NCBI GenBank assembly: GCA_903916665.1
Contig: CAIWXP010000038.1
Location: 1-9,225 of the forward strand
DNA from: Candidatus Iainarchaeum sp.
GTDB taxonomy: Archaea > Iainarchaeota > Iainarchaeia > Iainarchaeales > 0-14-0-20-30-16
Reading direction: 5' to 3'
DNA length: 9,225 nucleotides
The notes beneath the pieces are model-generated. The model saw only the letters and a list, made by a program, of their open reading frames with translations, searched no databases and was not told where the DNA came from. Both the position numbers and the translations under genes were made by a program. The number at the start of each line of letters is the position of its first letter. Position 1 is the first letter of the stretch. Below are positions 5,406-9,225 of the stretch, one piece after another.

Positions 5406-6194
5406 TTAAGGAAAGAAAACATTTCCATATAAATCATAAATAACAATAGGATCATGAGGTCTTAAAGTTAACATTGCTTTTGCTGTTTGATAAACTACTT
5501 TTGGATCAGAATTTAAAACCTGAATTCCTAAAACAGGATTGTGTCCAATATCTTTTATTATGCTCCAATCAGTTCTTCCGAATTGATGATTTAGTCTTCT
5601 TCCATCCCATACATTTGGATCTAAATAAACTATACAATTATATTTTCTCCAATCATATTCTGTTCTTAATACACTAAACTGATAAAAAAAATCATACTCT
5701 GCTTTTTTAGGAGATTTTTCTAAAGGCCGAGCAATATCGTATTCTAATTTAGACATTTCTTTACCTTCAAAAGGATTATCATAACGCAATTTAGAAACTG
5801 CATTTGCTATATTTTCTATACGCATTGCTTTTTCTTTTCTAGATTCTAAAGCATCTCTTTTTGTTTGTGCTATTTGTTTTTGTTGTTCTAAGGGTCTAAC
5901 TGATCTTTGAAAATCTAATTTAAATCTTTCAATTTCTCTCACATATGCTTGAGCTTTTTGTGATCCAAATTTCTTTTGAGCACGTTCAAATTCTTTATAT
6001 CTTTTTTTAAAAGTTCCTTCAGTTAAAGTGAAACTGGTATTATAAATTCGACGACTGGGTTTACGATCAAGTAGCATTTTTTCTGTCCCATCACCTAATG
6101 ATTGTCTATATACTCCAACTCTATGACGCATTACATCAAATGCGCCGGGTTTATATCTAAATCTTTTTTGTGGTTCTTTAGGCATAGTATTCAC
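5406..6194 (-). CDS. Hypothetical protein, no family recognised (basic N-terminus, K/R/E/Q-rich predicted coiled coil, roughly 100-aa C-terminal globular region)
   Basis: 259-262-aa ORF, starting at GTG 6194 or ATG 6185. GTG 6194 overlaps the upstream stop by 4 nt (GTGA). Its stop TAA (5408-5406) overlaps the ATG at 5406 and lies inside the fibrillarin SD region. No motif that I can assign. Confidence 0.75.
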   Translation of the reverse strand: MNTMPKEPQKRFRYKPGAFDVMRHRVGVYRQSLGDGTEKMLLDRKPSRRIYNTSFTLTEGTFKKRYKEFERAQKKFGSQKAQAYVREIERFKLDFQRSVRPLEQQKQIAQTKRDALESRKEKAMRIENIANAVSKLRYDNPFEGKEMSKLEYDIARPLEKSPKKAEYDFFYQFSVLRTEYDWRKYNCIVYLDPNVWDGRRLNHQFGRTDWSIIKDIGHNPVLGIQVLNSDPKVVYQTAKAMLTLRPHDPIVIYDLYGNVFFP

Positions 6195-7543
6195 TCTTTA
6201 ACCGGTTTTAAAACTTTCCAATATCCACCCTTATCTGGCCCAACTCTTTCTAATATCCCTTTTTGCTTTAATTTTTGTAATTGTTTTTCAACAGCTCTTG
6301 TCGTAATATTTAATTTAATGGATAATTCTTTTGCAGAAACTGTTGGTTCAAACTCAATTAAATCCAAGATTCTCTCCGAACTTTTCTCCGAACTTTTCTC
6401 CGAACTCTTCTGAACAATCTTTCCCAAATTATTTGATGCTACATCTTGTGATTTTATAGACCGCGGAAATATAGCTCTAAATTCTAAATCTACAATGAGT
6501 TCAAATTTTGCCTTGGGTTCTACTTTCAATATTTTTTTAATGCCAGTACCCCATCTTTCAACAAAATTAACTCTATGAAATATTTCCGCAATTAAATCAT
6601 TACGTCTTTCAGAAACATTTTTTCTTACTATATCTTTAACTGTAAGCCCTTTATAGAGATTTCCTGGATTTCTTATTTCTACTCTATCACTAAAAACAGC
6701 AATATTTACTGAATCATACATTGTATAATCTCTATGACAGAACGCATTAATTATTGCTTCTCTTAATGCACTTTTATTAATTTCAGGCACATCAATCCTT
6801 CGCATACCGTCTAAACGCATACCTATATTTATATGTTGTAAAATATATGTTTCTGCTCTTTTTATCAATTCAAATAGGTCTCCAACAAAATCTTGCATAT
6901 CAATAGACTCTACTGTACTAGGAGTAACAAATGTAGCACACCTTAACTTAGCATTTTGAATAAATTCTTCTGGATTTTTTGCAAAAAGAACAACACAAGC
7001 ATTCAAGGGATTTTCATTTTTTAATAAATTCAATTTAGTTAAAACATTTATTTTGGAGTCATAATTCAAATTAGATAATTTACAAAACTCTTTTAATTTG
7101 CTTTCAGATATATCTTTCAAACCAGCATCCTTACAAATTAAAGTATCCCATTTACTTGAATTAATATCATTAAAATATCTTTGTAATTCCGCAGTAGTCA
7201 TTTGTTTATCGGAATCAGCAACTCTAATATAATATTTACCATAGGCAGAATAAGGTATCTTATCTCCTTGGAAATCTATTTCTATAAATTCTTTTTGGTC
7301 AATTTGTTTTTTTTCTATTTTAGGATAAATCTTTGGTTCAATATAATCTGAAATTGATTTCTCAATATCTCTTAATGTTTTTTCATTTATTGATTGCACA
7401 AATATTTTTCCTGAATTATCAATACCAAAATATAATTTCCCTTTGTTGTGCTTGTTTAAAATAGCAGATATAGAAATAATTCCTTCTTTTAACTGTGTTA
7501 ATGTTTTCTTCAATTCAATAGTCTCAGATTCTTTAAATTGCAT
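6191..7543 (-). CDS. AlbA_2 (Schlafen-like divergent AAA) + HATPase_c_4 + C-terminal winged-helix protein; putative ATP-dependent DNA-binding regulator (often auto-annotated RecG-like)
   Basis: N-terminal FKESETIELKK (the ESxxLEFK signature of AlbA_2). Central REAIINAFCHRDY, VEIRNPGNL and SERRNDLIAEIFHRVNFVERWGTGIKKI (HATPase_c_4). C-terminal wHTH ILDLIEFEPTVSAKELSIKLNITTRAVEKQLQKLKQKGILERVG. The track start at 7573 overlaps nop5 by 17 nt. The ATG at 7543 (M11) has GGTGA (7552-7548) 4 nt upstream and puts the AlbA_2 motif at the N-terminus, so I prefer it. Confidence 0.85.
   Translation of the reverse strand: MQFKESETIELKKTLTQLKEGIISISAILNKHNKGKLYFGIDNSGKIFVQSINEKTLRDIEKSISDYIEPKIYPKIEKKQIDQKEFIEIDFQGDKIPYSAYGKYYIRVADSDKQMTTAELQRYFNDINSSKWDTLICKDAGLKDISESKLKEFCKLSNLNYDSKINVLTKLNLLKNENPLNACVVLFAKNPEEFIQNAKLRCATFVTPSTVESIDMQDFVGDLFELIKRAETYILQHINIGMRLDGMRRIDVPEINKSALREAIINAFCHRDYTMYDSVNIAVFSDRVEIRNPGNLYKGLTVKDIVRKNVSERRNDLIAEIFHRVNFVERWGTGIKKILKVEPKAKFELIVDLEFRAIFPRSIKSQDVASNNLGKIVQKSSEKSSEKSSERILDLIEFEPTVSAKELSIKLNITTRAVEKQLQKLKQKGILERVGPDKGGYWKVLKPVKE
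6373..6408 (-). repeat. In-frame 12-bp tandem repeat x3 (plus strand tctccgaacttt, third copy with one mismatch) encoding (KSSE)3
   Basis: Direct reading gives 6373-6384, 6385-6396 and 6397-6408. It lies in the linker between the HATPase_c_4 region and the C-terminal wHTH of the 450-aa protein (KSSEKSSEKSSER). Confidence 0.9.
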
Positions 7544-7556
7544 ATCTTCACCACAA

Positions 7557-8372
7557 TCATCTTCTTTTATCAAATCTTTTTTTATCTTTTGGATTTGATT
7601 CTTTTAAATTTAAAGCCTGTTTCTTAATTGGTTTTTCTTTCTCTGCTAAAATGCTTTTCTTTTTTTTCTCTATATCTTCCAATAATTCTTTATGCAAAGG
7701 TTTCTTTGCGTAATCATATCTACTTGCTAAAGAAATCTTTTCAGCCATATGTCTTGCTAATTTACCTTTTTGTTTTGGTGTTAATAAAGTCATTAATGGA
7801 TGCAAGTAAAGCAAACCGTACTTAGGAGAAGATTTACCAAACTTTAAATGTTTAAACATTGCTGTTTCTGCACCAAACAATTGTAATGTTGATGCAGGTA
7901 AACTAGATAAACGTTTCAAACTATGAGCTTGATTTAGAAATCGCACAGTTAAAAGAGGTCCTAAAATGTTTGTTAAATTAGGATAAAGATCCTTTGCTTT
8001 CTTTGTTAAAAAATTTTCTATCTTTGATGCATTGGAATAAACATTTAATAATGTTGTTGCTAAACTTTTTATTTGTGTTAAATCATCTTTATGTAAACCC
8101 TGAGATAAATATTTATCTTTTTCTAATTGATTTACTTCACTATCAGAAAGATATTTAACAAACTTAAAACTATCTTTCTTTAATTCATCATACTTTTGAC
8201 TATTATGTAAAGAATACCAATCTTTTAAATATTCAAAAAAAGTATTAAATTGTTTTTGACACAGATCAAAATTTGCCAAACCTCTTAACAAACTTTGTTC
8301 TTCAATATTATTTTCAGAATAATCTTTTATTGCATCTTCTGTTTGTTTAATAAACTCTTTTTTATTTAACAT
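7557..8372 (-). CDS. nop5: Nop5 (Nop56/58) box C/D RNP scaffold homologue, short form lacking the N-terminal fibrillarin-binding domain
   Basis: 271 aa. LKDWYSLH matches the coiled-coil entry motif (RLREWYSLHFPEL in canonical Nop5). The Nop domain is clear: YPNLTNILGPLLTVRFLNQAHSLKRLSSLPASTLQLFGAETAMFKHL..G...PKYGLLYLHP......KQKGKLARHMAEKISLASRYDY. It ends in a Lys-rich tail. GGTGAT lies 5 nt upstream of the ATG at 8372. Only 47 nt separate it from the upstream gene, so there is no room for an N-terminal domain exon. Confidence 0.85.
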   Translation of the reverse strand: MLNKKEFIKQTEDAIKDYSENNIEEQSLLRGLANFDLCQKQFNTFFEYLKDWYSLHNSQKYDELKKDSFKFVKYLSDSEVNQLEKDKYLSQGLHKDDLTQIKSLATTLLNVYSNASKIENFLTKKAKDLYPNLTNILGPLLTVRFLNQAHSLKRLSSLPASTLQLFGAETAMFKHLKFGKSSPKYGLLYLHPLMTLLTPKQKGKLARHMAEKISLASRYDYAKKPLHKELLEDIEKKKKSILAEKEKPIKKQALNLKESNPKDKKRFDKRR

Positions 8373-8419
8373 TAAATATCACCAATTATAAATATAAATC
8401 TAAAATTATTTTGTTAATA

Positions 8420-9225
8420 TTACTCTACAGAATATCTATGATGTTTTTGGTTAAAGGTTTCTTCCTTAGAATATCGTTTCATTATATCAATTAACATTTC
8501 ACCAAATACACTGCTTTGCTTTTCATTATTAAGCTCAGCAAAAACATTTTTTAAAATCTCATTGGTTGCCATTACCTGAGGAACAACAACATATTTTATT
8601 CCTCTTTTATAAAGATCAACAGCTTCTTGAACAAAATAAGCTCTCATAAATACTGGCACTTTAGTCGCATCAACATAGGATAATATAACTTCATTTACAT
8701 CATAGTAAGGTATTGTTATAATTACTGCTCTTGCTTTATTCAAATTTATTTTTTCTAATATTTCTATTGAATCTGCCTGCCCACAAACTGCATAAACATT
8801 CAATTTCATTGCGCTAATAATTGTATCAGGGTCATCATCAACAACAACAATATTTTTTGGTGCTATTAAATTACTTCTTAACAATCCTTCTAATACTCCC
8901 GAACCCATACGACCTAATCCAAATAAAACAACATGATTTTCAAAATCTTTCTCGGAAATATTATCCAATTCCTCTTTTCTTTGTTTGTATATAAATTTAG
9001 AAAAGTATTTGTTTATAGGATGTAATACTTTTTCAAAAAATGTATTCTTTGATAAAACATAGGGCGTTAAAATTAAAGTAACTGCAATAAATAAAATTAT
9101 TGTTGTACTAATTGATTCATTGATAATTGCACCTAAAGTTGCAAATTGAACAATAACCAACGAAAATTCACTTATTTGAAATAAACCAGAAGAAACATAG
9201 AACGATGTTCTTTCATCATAGCCAG
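8420..9225 (-). CDS. Monovalent cation:proton antiporter (CPA2/Kef-like) C-terminal part with RCK/TrkA-N domain; 5' end outside the window
   Basis: The track starts at a TTG (9160), but the frame stays open to the window edge (..GYDERTSFYVSSGLFQISEFSLVIVQFATLG..). This resembles the last TM helices of Na+/H+ exchanger-family proteins. A Rossmann GxGxxG (HVVLFGLGRMGSGVLEGL) follows, typical of TrkA-N/RCK. Confidence 0.75.
   Translation of the reverse strand, partial: GYDERTSFYVSSGLFQISEFSLVIVQFATLGAIINESISTTIILFIAVTLILTPYVLSKNTFFEKVLHPINKYFSKFIYKQRKEELDNISEKDFENHVVLFGLGRMGSGVLEGLLRSNLIAPKNIVVVDDDPDTIISAMKLNVYAVCGQADSIEILEKINLNKARAVIITIPYYDVNEVILSYVDATKVPVFMRAYFVQEAVDLYKRGIKYVVVPQVMATNEILKNVFAELNNEKQSSVFGEMLIDIMKRYSKEETFNQKHHRYSVE

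Noticed and set aside
5406-5450. C-terminal IVIYDLYGNVFFP of the orphan resembling the first beta-hairpin of the Nop5 N-terminal domain (e.g. GIYAFDENGNLI in Pyrococcus-type Nop5, from memory)
   Set aside because: The resemblance covers about 10 residues, is at the wrong end of the protein, and is well within chance. I do not use it as evidence of homology; only the gene-context argument is retained.
5474-5677. 67-aa plus-strand ORF antisense to the 262-aa orphan
   Set aside because: It is embedded in a longer ORF on the other strand, has no SD, and is leucine/phenylalanine-rich as expected from reading AT-rich coding DNA in reverse.
6102-6413. 103-aa plus-strand ORF spanning the junction of the orphan and the AlbA_2 gene (ends in SELFSELFSELF)
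   Set aside because: It is antisense to two confident genes. Its only notable feature is the mirror image of the 12-bp coding repeat. No start signal.
7544-7573. 10-codon N-terminal extension (MIKEDDCGED) of the AlbA_2 protein overlapping nop5 by 17 nt
   Set aside because: The internal ATG at 7543 has a GGTGA 4 nt upstream and places the ESETIELK signature where AlbA_2 domains normally begin. The extension contains the SD itself (GGT GAA). I cannot exclude it, but it is less likely.
7628-7825. 65-aa plus-strand ORF antisense to nop5
   Set aside because: It is a shadow ORF inside the conserved Nop domain coding region, with no supporting signals.
1-9225. CRISPR arrays, rRNA genes, IS elements
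   Set aside because: There are no spaced direct repeats of 24-40 bp. The only tandem repeat is the 12-bp coding repeat at 6373-6408. No rRNA-like GC-rich structured stretch was seen, and no transposase-like ORF or terminal inverted repeats.

Overview
AT-rich (roughly 25-35% G+C in hand-counted 60-nt lines) segment that looks archaeal. It encodes fibrillarin and a Nop5 (Nop56/58) homologue, a tRNA-His(GUG) without an encoded CCA, BRE/TATA-like promoters, and GGTGAT Shine-Dalgarno motifs. Small genes and a trimmed Nop5 suggest a reduced-genome lineage such as DPANN, but that is only a guess. I support 13 protein-coding features, 10 of them on the minus strand. On the plus strand: a Cys-rich conserved protein, a DUF362 protein and a possible 42-aa acidic ORF. 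On the minus strand, by descending coordinate: a partial CPA2 antiporter with an RCK/TrkA-N domain running off the right edge; Nop5 lacking its N-terminal domain; an AlbA_2/HATPase_c_4/wHTH regulator-like protein; a 262-aa orphan; fibrillarin; a 425-429-aa lipoprotein; a frameshifted AbrB/SpoVT-like gene; tRNA-His; an RHH antitoxin and RelE/ParE toxin pair; and a stand-alone C39-like cysteine peptidase. The most interesting signal is that the normally adjacent nop5-fibrillarin pair is split by two tightly packed genes. One of these is an unrecognisable 262-aa protein whose stop overlaps the fibrillarin start region. At the same time, Nop5 lacks the domain that normally recruits fibrillarin. 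No CRISPR array, integrase, transposase or rRNA was seen. All family calls rest on motif recognition by eye, with no database search.
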